From positions 3,534,480-3,598,479 of the forward strand of contig OZ316898.1 of the NCBI GenBank assembly GCA_973895155.1: a DNA stretch of 64,000 nucleotides. The letters are read 5' to 3'. This DNA is from Marsupella aquatica (Eukaryota > Plantae > Marchantiophyta). The notes under the pieces were generated by a model. That model made no database searches, was not told the DNA's origin, and was given only the letters and a program-made list of their open reading frames with translations. Within the stretch, counting starts at the first letter, position 1. Every line of letters starts with the position of its first letter. The translations under genes were made by a program, and so were the position numbers. Below, in pieces: positions 50,001 through 61,740 of this stretch.

Positions 50001-52520
50001 GAGCCATGTTTTTGCATTTTGTTAAGGCATGATGGAACCTTGGGGAAATCACTCCCAAGACATACGGTTTTGGAGTGATTTGCCAAAAGTGTCACCATGG
50101 ATGTATACCACCACATTCAAAGTTAAATAATAGTTGTTTTCTTGTTCTCTAAGAGTTAGCGCAAAACCAGTGGAAGGTTGTTGTCCTTCAATTTAACTAT
50201 GTCATGTTTGTGCTGGCGTTTGGGTGAGGAATATTCTATTAAATTGCTAAGGATTTGCCAAGGGCCACTCGGATAGGTAGTGTAATTCTTCACTGGGTCA
50301 TTTTGGAGTAATGGTGTGTCATTAAAGCCAATGACTACCATATGGGTCATTTTGGCAGTCATATTGCCGGTCATTTGGACCAAATGATTGCATACCTGGT
50401 CATTACAGAGGTCCCTCATGGTGTCATTATGGACCAACCTAAATGACCAGTTTGGGGATAAGGGCTGGAAGTGGGCCCTAGACTGCCATGGGGCCCTACA
50501 TGGAGCTGGCAACCTTTCCATTAGGTGCAGGACACTATACTTACTATTCTCCAACCACTAGTTGCACCATGAGCACTTTGGAGCCATGTCTTTGCAATTA
50601 CTTAAGGGATGATGCAAACTTGGGGAAATCACTCCCAAGTCATACAACATTGGAGTGATTTTCCAAAAGCACCATCAAGGATGATATGTTATGTTCCAAA
50701 GGCAAATGGAGCCATTTGTTTGTTCCTCCAAGAGGTAGTGCAACACCAATGGGATGGGCGTGGTAGTGGTGCTTCCCTCTACGGTGTGTGTGCTGGTTAA
50801 AGGTATAGGAATATTCTATTTTTGCAACGAACTTAGAGTGGGCTCTCTCGGGAGGTACTAGGACCTTCATTGGGTCATTTTTGCACAAAGTTGTGTCATA
50901 AGTGCCAATGACCACAAATGGGGTCATTACATATGTCATATGGACTGTCACATAAGTCAAATGACTGGATTTGTGGTCATTTGAGGGGTCCCTAGTGCAG
51001 TCATTGAAGACAAGCATAAATGACCAATTTGGGGCTAAGGGCTGGAGGTGGGCCCTAGAGTGCCATGTGGCCCCACATAGAGCTCGCAACCCCTCCACTA
51101 GGTGCCAAATACTATATTTACTATTCTCCAACCACTAGTTGCACCATTAGCACTTTGATGTCGTGTTTTTGCGTATTGTTAAGGCGTGATGGAACTTTGG
51201 GGAAATCACTCCCAAGTCATACAACTTTGGAGTGATTTGCCAAAAGTGTCACCATCACGCATACCATCCTATCCAAAGGCAAAGAAATATTGTTTTTGTC
51301 TCTCCAAGAGGTATATAATGCAATACTAGTGGAAGGCTATCGTCCTTCTATATATGTATGACATGTTTTTGCCGATATTTGGATTTAGGGTATTTTCTAT
51401 TAAATTGCAAAGGAATTGTAAGGGGGCACTCCTAGAGGTAGTGTAATTTTCATTGGGTCATTTTGGAACAATGGTGTGTCATTAATGAAAACACCTCAAA
51501 TTAGGGTCATCTTGGCTGTCATACTAGAGGTCAAAAGTACCAAATGACAGGAAATGTGGTCATTTCAAAGCATATTGGGGGGGGGGGGGTGTTCTCTTTG
51601 GAGTTACAAGGGATCTCATTGAGTCATTTGTGAGTTAAATGGTGCGTCAATCTCAATGACTAAAAGTTTAGGGTCATTCATGCGGTCATATGGGTCTTTA
51701 AAATGGTCATATGGGAAGTCATATAGGTCAAATGACTGGACTTGTTGTCATTTGAGGGGGTCCCTTGTGCAGCCATTGAAGACAAGCATAATTAAAAGAC
51801 CAGTTTGGGGCTAGGAGCTAGAGGTAGGCCCTGGAGTGCCATGTGGCCCCACATGGGGCTGGCAACCCCTCCACTAGGTGTGGGATACTCTATAATTTAC
51901 TATTCTCCAACCATTACTTGCACCATAATTAATGTTGAGTCATGTTTTTGCATTTACCTAAGGTCAAGCAGTCCAGGTTGTGTAATATTTATGGGATCAT
52001 TTTGGAAAAACGGTGAGTCATTCATGCCAATGACTGCAATAAGGGTCATTTTGGCCATAATATTGGAGGTCATTTGGACCAAATGACTACATATATGGTC
52101 ACTAGAGAGGTCCAACATGTTGTCATTATGAACGAGCACAATTGACCTTCTATGCATCAAGAAAACCTTCAAGGGGTGCGGGACACTGCACTTGTCCATG
52201 TCCAAGCACTAGTTTGGATAAAAAGCATTTCTAACCATGATACAACTTTGGGCAAATCACTTCAAAGTCAAACGAGTTTGGAATGGTTCACCAAAAGGGC
52301 TGCCATGGAGTTTAGTGCAGGTTGTCCCAATGATCTTATATAATGTCATTGTGGCTATGATGTGGGAGGTCAGATGTATCAAATGACCAATAATGGGGTC
52401 ATTAGAGGTGTCCCTAGCTTGATCATGCTGTCATTGTTGAAAGGGGTGAAAATGACCGAATTGGGGATAGGGATAATTAAAAGGGGGCCCTAGAGTGTCA
52501 TGGGGCTCTATGTCAAAGTT
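47100..52520. repeat. ~578-bp tandem satellite inside the CACTA (about 7 full plus partial units)
   Basis: ACTAG of the anchor CCAACCACTAGTTG at 47701, 48279, 48854, 49399, 49977, 50557, 51134 (spacings 578, 575, 545, 578, 580, 577), then degenerate at 51913 and 52208. Confidence 0.92.
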
Positions 52521-52948
52521 AAAGTTAAGATGGGGTGTAGGTCATTTAAACACTACCATCCCACATCCAACGGCGTATTGGGTCATTTTAGCCCATCCAA
52601 TGGTACATTATACCCCAACAATTAACATTTCCCAACTGAATATTCACATGCATACTTAAAAGGGAGGTTATAGCATTTACCTGCTGTCCTCTTCCCCAAA
52701 ATTAATAAATAGTAAAAACAAGAGTTTTTAAATTTCAACATATTTGACTTAGTTTGTAGGAAACGCATTGTCTGAACTGAAAGTAACTCTTCAAGGGTTT
52801 AAGTTGAAGTAGTCAGGGTGGACTTAATTAGGATGTGGGAAGGGGTTTAGAATTTGGCGTTCAGTGAACAGCCTCACAAGTTTTTGTACATTTGATTAAA
52901 AATGTTTTCATAGCATTTTTTAGGTTACTTTGCCCATGCTTTGGTAGC

Positions 52949-52980
<32 letters not shown>

Positions 52981-53890
52981 TTTAATCCAAGTATCCCAAA
53001 TCCCAAATCCCACTTTGCACCCAAAAAAATTCCAGTCTCCCCAAATAATTTTCCATGGCCATGAAAGCCATGATTAAAACTACTAATTCAAAAATTTCAC
53101 CATAAACTAGCTCATGCCCCCACCCACCGACCAGGTTATTACTTGGCTTAGGAGATTTAGGGTTTACTTAGGGACAAAGCCAGCCGGGACATGTTGGAGC
53201 CCCTCCAGCAGGTACATCTACAGCTGTCAAGAACATGGCTTATAGTTCTCAGAATGGCCAGGGGTAAAACTGTTGATTTACACCCCTTTACACCTTGTTT
53301 ACACCTTTGTGTATAGGTCCTGTCAGTCAAGACCTACACCCTAAGTATATCTCAGCTTTGGAATCAACCCTTATAGTCACTTCAAATGTCATCCAAGTTG
53401 ACTCGGGTGTCAAGCTGGGTTCTAAAACCAAGCTTGACACTGGTTTAGTGTCTCTTTACAGGTCCATAAGGAGAGTCATACAGTGTAAAATGGAGATTAT
53501 TACTTCCCTTCTTATTTTCAAAATCTGCATTTGCAAAAAATGCCGCGCTCAAGGCTTTGGTGCTTCCAGACCTTCCAGCTCTGTCGCTATGGAGCTTCAC
53601 GCAACTGCATACCCGACTGCATCCTGTTGTAATTCCCGGCTTCTTGATTCGAATGATTTGACAAATTTCAGGGGGGCTTCGATTCCAATCAACTGGCTGC
53701 AGCTACAACTGCCCGTGTCTGTCTATACTGAGCCCCGATCTCCCTAGTTTGCAATTGCATTGAGCTTCCCTTGTCTTTTCTCTAGACAGTTGCTGCCATC
53801 CACTTTGATTTTGCACGTATTTTCTCTCCGGGTAATATATACTCCACATGGCAAGGGGAGAAGATTTTGATGTGAAATGTATGTCATGCT

Positions 53891-54603
53891 TTGGATCCTA
53901 TCAAACGCTCCTTCATTTGTGCACAAGTAGCACAAGCAAGTGAGACACTCGGGTTCAGTGAGACACTCCGCTTCTTTGAGGTCATAAATTGCAGGGTACC
54001 TGCGGAAGTAGTGGACAATGCATTTGCCGATAACCGGGAGTTCTTTGATCTCCCCATGGAGGACAAATTGAGTTTGAGGGTCGAGAACAAGAACAAGAAG
54101 CTCCTCGTCCCCTTCCAGCTCGGGTACAAGCACTTCCCGTTCTTCGGAGTACAGAGAATCGAATGGAGGAGATCGTGTTTTGGGCCGGACTACCATTTCA
54201 AACCCCAAGATTGCACAAAAGATACTTACTCTGATGGCTACAAGTTGATTCCGCAAGGAACTGGTGGCCAGTCAATCCTGTCAGGCTACCAAGAAAGGAT
54301 GGAAAGTCTTTAATTAGAGCTTGGAAATTTGGTTACAATTTTCTTGATGTCTTCTCAGACTGTCTTGGACTTCCAGCCTTGCATATCCGGTACCACAGAA
54401 ATGCAACAGTTCCTTGATATTTGAACTTTCATCACTCCGCAGCTGCGCAAACAGGTCTTAACGCGCGCAAAGACTCTAGTGTGTTCACTATCGTCTCCCT
54501 GTGTGACAGCCAAAAGGCGCTTGAAATCAATCTAGATGGAGAATGGATTTCTGTCATGCCGTAGAGAGGAGGACTCATTGTGAATATTGGAGACATCCTC
54601 CAA
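53891..54603 (+). pseudogene. Captured 2-oxoglutarate/Fe(II) dioxygenase fragment
   Basis: QVAQASETLGF..FFEVINCRVPAEVVDNAFADNREFFDLPMEDKL (DIOX_N) and GLNARKDSSVFTI...LEINLDGEWISVMP*RGGLIVNIGDILQ|gt; HxD appears as RKD; internal stop and small duplications. Confidence 0.85.
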
Positions 54604-54951
54604 GTATATCCTCCAAGTATGTATCTTATTACATTATTTGTGCGACTCATTGTGAATATTGGAGACATCCTCCAAGTATATCCTCCAAGTATGTATCTTA
54701 TTACGTTATTTGTGCTTTGCATTGCAGTGTCTGTGTTGAGATGAGCAAGCCGTCTTACTTTATCTGAGTTGTGCGCAAGCACAGATGCAAGGTTATTTAC
54801 CTGTTGACTAGGCACCATATATTCTACTGATAGTTGTAGGCATACAGGATTGGACTTAATTGGTCTGGATAGCAGCGTCAATGATTCCTTGAAATGATCA
54901 CCCAATATTGGCCAATGTTGGGTTATATTTTGGCCGGTGGCAATCATGTAA

Positions 54952-55071
54952 GTGGATTCTGGGATCCCTCCCTATACCATCAATGATCTGAAAGGAGGAG
55001 AGTCGACCCAAAATGCCAAGATTCTTCGGGATGTTCTTGTTGGAGAAGAGGATCATGCCGCAAATGCTTTG
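54952..55071 (+). pseudogene. Captured exon of anthranilate phosphoribosyltransferase (TrpD/PAT1-like)
   Basis: GIPPYTINDLKGGESTQNAKILRDVLVGEEDHAANAL followed by donor GTATGT; matches the DL.GG....NA..L..VL.G signature. Confidence 0.75.
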
Positions 55072-55696
55072 GTATGTACCTTAGATTCCATTCAAGCCTT
55101 TACGGGTCCTTCTCCTCAGGTGCAGTCATTTTTAAATGCCCTTTACTGTTATAATCATCATGAACTTAGGATTTGGTGGATCAGAGCAGCTTTTTGTTCT
55201 TTACCCTGTCAATTGGTCCTTTTTTTCACTTAAAGATTGGTCTTCAATCTTGACCAATCGATCGGCTGACTACTTTCCCTTTGCGGGTGCTTTTGTAAAT
55301 CCAAAGTACAGAATAATGTTACAATAGGTAGTATAGGGTATCAATTTTGATGATTATAAATATTTCTGTGATAAACCTTTCCGTTCTGTTGGTTATGTTG
55401 TACATATTGCATGCTGGAGCGGGATTGATGACTTGAATGTGGGGTTAATGGGGTTCCCTTCATTAGTCATGTACAGGGTATTAGCAACCATAAATTCCTG
55501 ATTCAGTAATAATGCTATTTCTAGAGTTTTTGTGGACAAGTCAAAACATAAGGAGCAAGTCGTAGCTTAAAAATCTGCTCATTGAAGGATTTGTTAGTAC
55601 AGTATAATGACAGCTCTTGAACCTCTTAAGGCAAAGCTTCAAACGCCATTTCTATTTGCTACATGGGATCTCTTCTGATCGACTCTCTCTCTGCAG

Positions 55697-55756
55697 GCCA
55701 CTGATATTGTAGAGACATCTCTTGATATCCCAGGGATCCGATTTGTGAAAGATTGG
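55697..55756 (+). pseudogene. Captured fragment of a DEAH-box RNA helicase (motif V)
   Basis: After acceptor CTCTCTCTGCAG: ATDIVETSLDIPGIRFVKD, versus the family consensus ATNIAETSLTIPGIRYVID. Confidence 0.6.
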
Positions 55757-56259
55757 CAGGACTTACAATTAACAAATTGGTGTTGAGTCCTTTGCTGCTG
55801 TACCAATCTCAAAAGCTCAAGCAGCCAATATTATACCAATCTCACTTGAATGCTCATTTCCTTGCAAATGAATGATTTAGTTGGAGTTACATATATCAAA
55901 CCACGTACATGCTGTGAACATACTAACTTAGCTTGCTTGTTAATATGGTGTACATATTCTTGGGACCAGCTATGCACGGCAGCCATGGTAAATTTTTTGG
56001 AGCATCTATACAAGTTATATTGTAGTCCCGATTGTAGTTTTCGGGTAGAGACTAGATCCAAGGGGAGGATTGCAAATTGGAATTGAATAGCTGCCTAGCT
56101 AGCCAGTGTGAGGGCGTAGTCTGAGATCTTCTCAATAATTGGGATAGTAACCGTGAGCTCACTCAATTCTGGGTGAATTTAATTTTTCATCCTTCCCTAT
56201 CTTCAGTTCATGTTATTCCTCCTGAATGGCTAAGGCTTGATTTGAGTATATTAACCAAC

Positions 56260-57635
56260 TTCATCTTTGACTGTTGCATGGTGCTTTGCCTATAAAGACA
56301 AGAAGGATACAACTTTTTATGCAGAATTCTGACAAGGACTCACATGTGTACTTGCATGCATAAGTTCTCTATTTAATCTTTTTCTCTGTACTGTCTTGCT
56401 GGCAGTGCTATATTTAAAGTGAATGTGTCAAAGGACATGAGGCTACACCGCTACAAGGTAACATCGGTCCCTGTGTGACCCTAGAAATTGTGTTTTCCTT
56501 TCTCCAATCAATATTTATAATCCATCCTAGTACCTTTGCTGGGTGACTTTTTGCCTCACTTTTTGCACTGTTGCACTTCCGATTCGTGCTAGGCTCTCTC
56601 TTGACAAGGACCGGGACAAACTTGATTACATCTGACTTTGCAAATTGTACCTAGATGCTTGTCTATCTCAGCAGTAAAGTTCCTAACATAAACTGGAGGT
56701 AGTATTTTTGCAAGTGACCTTGACGTTTGAGGTTTTGTATGAAATTGATATTGTAAACTAATTATTTCCTGCTTTTATTAATCAGCAAGTAGAAAGGCCC
56801 ACAGTTGAATAAGAAGAAATAGATTCCACCCTACCAGTCTCATCTTCAAGTATATATATGACCAATGCTCGGTTGGAATGAGATTTATCTGACTTCTGTT
56901 ATATATGTAATTGAATATTGGACCATGGTCGGCAGGTGGTATAATTATATGCACTGCCAAAATCTCGTTTGACATTGTGGGTGGGTATTGCTGGGTACAC
57001 CATGAATCAGGGAATTTTAGCCATGAGAAGAAACGAGGATGGATGAAACCTTTGCTGGTTGCTGGAATCAATCATGTTCTTCTTCAAGTAAGTTTTCCTG
57101 CTTGTGGTATTTTCACAGTCGTGTTGTAATTGTGGATTGGCCCCCGGATTGGCCTAATGTATATGTGCAAATTATAGTATATAAACTGGAATTTATGTTG
57201 CAGATAGTGTCAAAGGATCTAACTTTCAGAGCCCATAATATATTATAAGGACTGGAACAAAGACAGTTCCTAGTATCTTGAAGCTGTCAAGTAACAAGTA
57301 TGATTACTTCATCTTTGACTGTTGACTTGGTTCTTTGCCTGTAAAGCCAGGAAGGAAACAACTTTTTATGTGAAATTCTGACAAGGAGATATGCTTTGAT
57401 AAGTTTTGTTTTAAATTGCTATTTTTTACTAACTTGCTGGCATATATGCAGCGGTATTTTTAAATGGAATGTGTCAAAGTACGTGAGTAAACTAGGTACG
57501 TACATTGGTCCCTGTGTCACCCTAGAAAAGGTGCATTCAATTCTCCAACTTTATTTATGGGTCCTGGTCCCTTTGTTGGGTGACTTCTTGCGCTGTGCAC
57601 TTTTGATTGGTACTAGATCCTCTCTATGACTAGGA
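56260..57635. repeat. Dispersed direct repeat (~350 bp; 56260-56610 and 57308-57635) inside the CACTA
   Basis: TTCATCTTTGACTGTTG...AACTTTTTATG...AATTCTGACAAGGA...GAATGTGTCAAAG...GGTCCCTGTGT.ACCCTAGAAA shared by both. Confidence 0.75.
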
Positions 57636-59242
57636 CTTAGATGAATGTGATTAAGTTGTCAGTAGTGTTCCTGCATGCTCAACTTTTGTGACAAGAGGCA
57701 AATTGGACTTCTCAGTTATCTGGCATGTTATTCAGAATTTTAATGTTAGCTGTGCTCTCCTCAAACATGCTTCGACCTGAAGATTGGAATGACACATCAT
57801 CTCATTCATGATGGGAATATCAATATTCTACTTGTTAACGTGGCTAGCTAGTTCTTGACAATAAGGCTTACCAATGCATCGTTGGTATGTGTCTTCAGGA
57901 ATTGGCATTTTTGTTACTGCTAGGGTGAGATAGAGTTGGAGGAATGGCCCCCTTTTTTGACAAGTGCAACAGAAGGCTGACAACATAGAGCTGCAGAAGT
58001 TTTGCAATCTACATGGGAGGTTGAAAACTGGTTGCCAAGTAATTTTGAAAGCCCTTTCTTGCGAGCGCGTGTGATTGAAATGTTTGTAGATGTGGCATTG
58101 CCATTTGTCAATGCAGGGGAGAACCAATCTAAATTATCTGATGTGAAAGGGATGAATGCCCTATGGAACTCTAGATTGCTTAAGAAGCAATAGCACTCTG
58201 TCAAGAAACAATAGACATGATAGAATGACAGCTCTATTTTTCTATAAACATGCAGAGTGATTGGTATGTCAGGTTGTAATAATTGACAATCTAATATTAT
58301 TGATGTCAATATAATTTTGTTTCATAAATTTGCATTGAGTTCAATAGTTACCGTGAGACTTATGAAGGTATTTTGTATGAATGTCAATTGGATTTGTGAT
58401 ATATATCGAATGTTTCATTCAACAAATCTATTGAATGACTTTGTAATGTATGATTTTTGATTGACATGAAGTTTTATCTATCATGATCACTTAAATTTGA
58501 ATTTTTCCAAATCATTGAATATTTCACCTAAATAATTGGCTAGAATGACTGATGTAATGGTCATTATCCACAACTATCTTTGTGATCAATATGATTCAAC
58601 TCTGGTCATTAAAGACATAGACTAAATGATTCAAAGAATGACATATACAATGACTATTCTCATGGTTATTATAAACAAGTTCACTATGACTCACTTTATG
58701 TCATTCAAGACATGTCATTAATGACTAATGTGTATCATTACGTGTCTCCTCCCAATTGAACCACGTGTCTCAATATGACTTATTTATACCGTAGTCATTT
58801 TGGACATGTCAAAAATGACCCAAATATATTGCCAAATGGTGAATCCTCTTTGAACCACGTGTCACTATTTGATTTGTTAAATAATGTACGTCATTTTGGA
58901 CAAGTCCAAAATAACCAATATTATTTGTTTTCTGATTGCCACATGTCGTTGTGTGATTGGGTACGGGGACCGTCGATGGTCAACGGCAATTGACCGTCGA
59001 TGGTGATTTGTGTCGTCATTTTGGACCGTTCAGCATTTATGACCATATCATAAAAATGGTCATTTCGGATAGTATGAAATGACCACATGTTTTTAATATC
59101 ATTTGTCCAAAAGGACTGTGACCAAAATGTCCGTTGTGACGCGTCTGGAAAGACGAGAACGAGTGCGTCATTGTTTTGTTAAAAAGACCTGATTAATAGT
59201 CATTGTTTCAGTCATAAAATACATTGTTTTCTACTAGTGCTA

Positions 59243-60656
59243 GTTGAAGGACAGTCCTTCAGAGGGTGGAGATAAGATCTACAAGACATGGCTTGTTACC
59301 AAGGGGTTCACTCAGGAGAAAGGAGTGGACTACAATGAGGTCTTTTCACCGGTGGCTAAGTATTCCACAATTCGGATCTTGTGTCAGCTTGTTGTGTTTT
59401 TTAGTCTGGTGATGGATCAGATGGATGTTGTTACTGCTTTTCTCTATGGCAACTTGGAAGAGTTGATCTTCATGAGACAGCCACTAGGCTTTATGAAGAA
59501 GGGCCAAGAGAACTTAGTTTACAGATTGCTCAAGTCCTTGTATGGATTGAAGCAATTTCCCAGACAGTGGAACAAGCGGTTTGATGATTTCATGCTTGCT
59601 CAAGGTTTTACAAGGATGGTGTATGATCCTTGTGTGTATACGAAATCAGTTAAGAATGATGTGTTTGGTTTCATCATTCTAGTGATCTATGTGGATGACA
59701 TGCTGATTGTGGCTAAAGATCAATCTGAGGTTGACAATTTCAAGACGAAATTGAGTGCTGAATTCAGGATGAAGGATCTTGGTAAGGCCAAGAGGATCTT
59801 AGGGATGGAGATTTTTAGGAACTCTGATACTAGACAGTTGTGCTTGAGTCAAGGCCAGTATGCGAGGAAAGTACTTGCACGATTCAACATGGAGATCTGT
59901 AAACCAGTGAGTATTCCTTTAGCTTCACATTTCAAGTTATCATCGGCTTTCTCTCCTACGGATGGTGTGGAGAAAGGTCTGATGGCTAAGATTCCTTATG
60001 AGAAGGCAGTAGGCAGTCTAATGTATTTGATGACTTGTACAAAGCCTGACTTGGCCCTAGCGATGGGCAAGGTTAGCAAATTCATGTCAAATCCAGGGAA
60101 GGTACATTGGGAAGCTGTGAAATGGATTCTCAGGTATCTGAAGGGTACACAGGACTATGGATTACTATTTGATAACAGACCAGATAGAACGTTAGTTGGC
60201 TATGTAGATTCTGACTATGGAGGCTGTCTGGATACAAGGAGGTCTACAACTGGGTTTGTTTTTACTCTTGGAGGGGGATGTATCAGTTGGAAATCTACAT
60301 TTCAAAAGTGTATATCTCAGTCTACTACAGAAGCAGAGTATGTTGTAGCAGTAGAAGCAGCAAAGGAAGCAATTTGGTTGGACAAGTTGATTGTGGAGAT
60401 GGGTTTAGAGCATGGCAAAATGACTCTAAACTGTGATAGTTAGAGTGTTCTTCACTTGGCTGCTAACCAGGTGATGGATAGCAGGGTGAAACACATTGAT
60501 ATCAGGTACCATTTTATCAGGCAAGCAGTGTCTGATAAAACTTTTGAGCTAGTCAAGATTGATGGAAAGCTCAATCCCGCTGATGCCTTTACCAAAGTGA
60601 TTCCTTTGGAGAGTTTTTCAAGACACCGTGCTACTTTGCAGGTTTTGCAGTTGTAG
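59243..60656 (+). pseudogene. Ty1/copia pol, 3' part (reverse transcriptase and RNase H)
   Basis: QMDVVTAFLYG, LLKSLYGLKQ, YVDDML, GYVDSD, STTEAEY, KHIDIRYHFIR; in-frame stop at 60441-60443. Confidence 0.95.
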
Positions 60657-60848
60657 TACAAGTAGAGTTATTTAGCAATGTGTGACTATTTGTTTATGGA
60701 TTACTCATTCCTGTTTGGCTACGGCTTAGTTCTAGTTAACCCTTAGTTAACCCTTGTGGTTTTTAGGGGGAGACCTGGTTTGGTGATTGTCTAGAACTTC
60801 CCGCTGAAGATTCCATATGGTAGCATTTAGTCTAGTCCCCAAGACAAG

Positions 60849-61207
60849 AGTCAAGGGGGAGTTTGTTAGATATTGCTCTAGTCTTGTGACTCATGAGCTA
60901 ACCACAGTTAGTCTAACTTGGGTTAGGACTTAGCTAATGTTAGCGGTAGTGTTGTTGTGCATATAGCCAGGGCTGATGCCAGACCCTAGTGGAACTTAGG
61001 CTCATTGTTACGGAGCTAGTTGAGAGATAGGGAGAGCTTGTGCTGTGGATGCTTGGTATGGCCGGTCGGCCTAGAGTGCAGTAAAGCTCTTGTGTGTTCC
61101 CGTGGACGTAGCCTCATGTGGAGGTGAACCACGTATCTCTCTGTGTCGACTATTGTGCGTTGGATGGTTCATGGGCTTGCCGTTACGAATGTCGTCTATG
61201 CTCAACA
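60849..61207 (+). mobile_element. Polypurine tract and copia 3' LTR (60864-61207)
   Basis: AGTCAAGGGGGAG then TGTTAGA...CTCAACA. Confidence 0.85.
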
Positions 61208-61239
61208 TGGTTGGCTTTTTCTGTGGCCCTGTCCTTGGC

Positions 61240-61740
61240 TCTCTAGCCCTTGGCTTTGGAGGTTTTTGGTGCTCCCCGCCCAATCTCTGATCAGTTCTTC
61301 AAGCCCGTGCAGTTTTTTTATATTGAGCGGAGGCCTTTCCCCTTTGTTTCTGTCCTCACTGCCTCCTTTCGATAGAGGGTGTCTGTTGCACTTTAGCAGG
61401 CCCATGCATTCACTCTCCTTTGTAGAGCCAAGGCAGTTGGTTTTAGGGCCTCTAGAAAGATTCCACTTTGTGCCCCTCCTGTGCGGTTTACTCCCAAGCT
61501 CTATCAGGCTTTTGAACTCTCCGCCCAATAGGGTGTTAGTCTTTTTGGATTCTTTGTTGGTTATTTGTTTTAGTGTTTGTCCCCTTGTTGATGTGGGGAC
61601 TCCTTGGCTTGTGGGACCTGTTGGTCTTCTTGGGACATTTTCCCCTTTCTTTTCCCCCCTTTATTGGGTTTTTTGCCTTTGGGACCATGTCTCCCAGTTT
61701 GATGTTCTTGTCTTGTTGGCACTCTTATATATAAATAGGA
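61240..61740 (+). mobile_element. CRE-like retrotransposon 3' remnant (copy 3)
   Basis: PLALEVFGAPRPISDQFF and TTCGATAGAGGGTGTCTGTTGCACTTTAGCAGGCCCA (RVSVAL.QAH), homologous to copies 1 and 2. Confidence 0.65.

Larger units (their letters stand above)
46357..59239. mobile_element. Non-autonomous CACTA (En/Spm) element, 12.9 kb, nested in the copia RT
   Basis: TIRs CACTAGAAGAAAACA (46357) and TGTTTTCTACTAGTG (59239); 3-bp TSD CAA/CTA (one mismatch); removal restores copia KWIYKLKD; dense ATGAC/GTCAT subterminal motifs at both ends; no transposase ORF seen. Confidence 0.92.

Noticed and set aside
47773-51131. Repeated minus-strand ORFs of 80-163 aa in the satellite, suggesting a repeat protein or CRISPR-like array
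   Set aside because: Unit lengths (578, 575, 545, 578, 580, 577) are not multiples of three and stops vary. Whole units are homologous, so there are no unique spacers, and no cas genes are present.
52949-52980. Long poly-C (also poly-G at 1688-1712)
   Set aside because: Simple homopolymers within TEs; lengths unreliable and no function can be supported.
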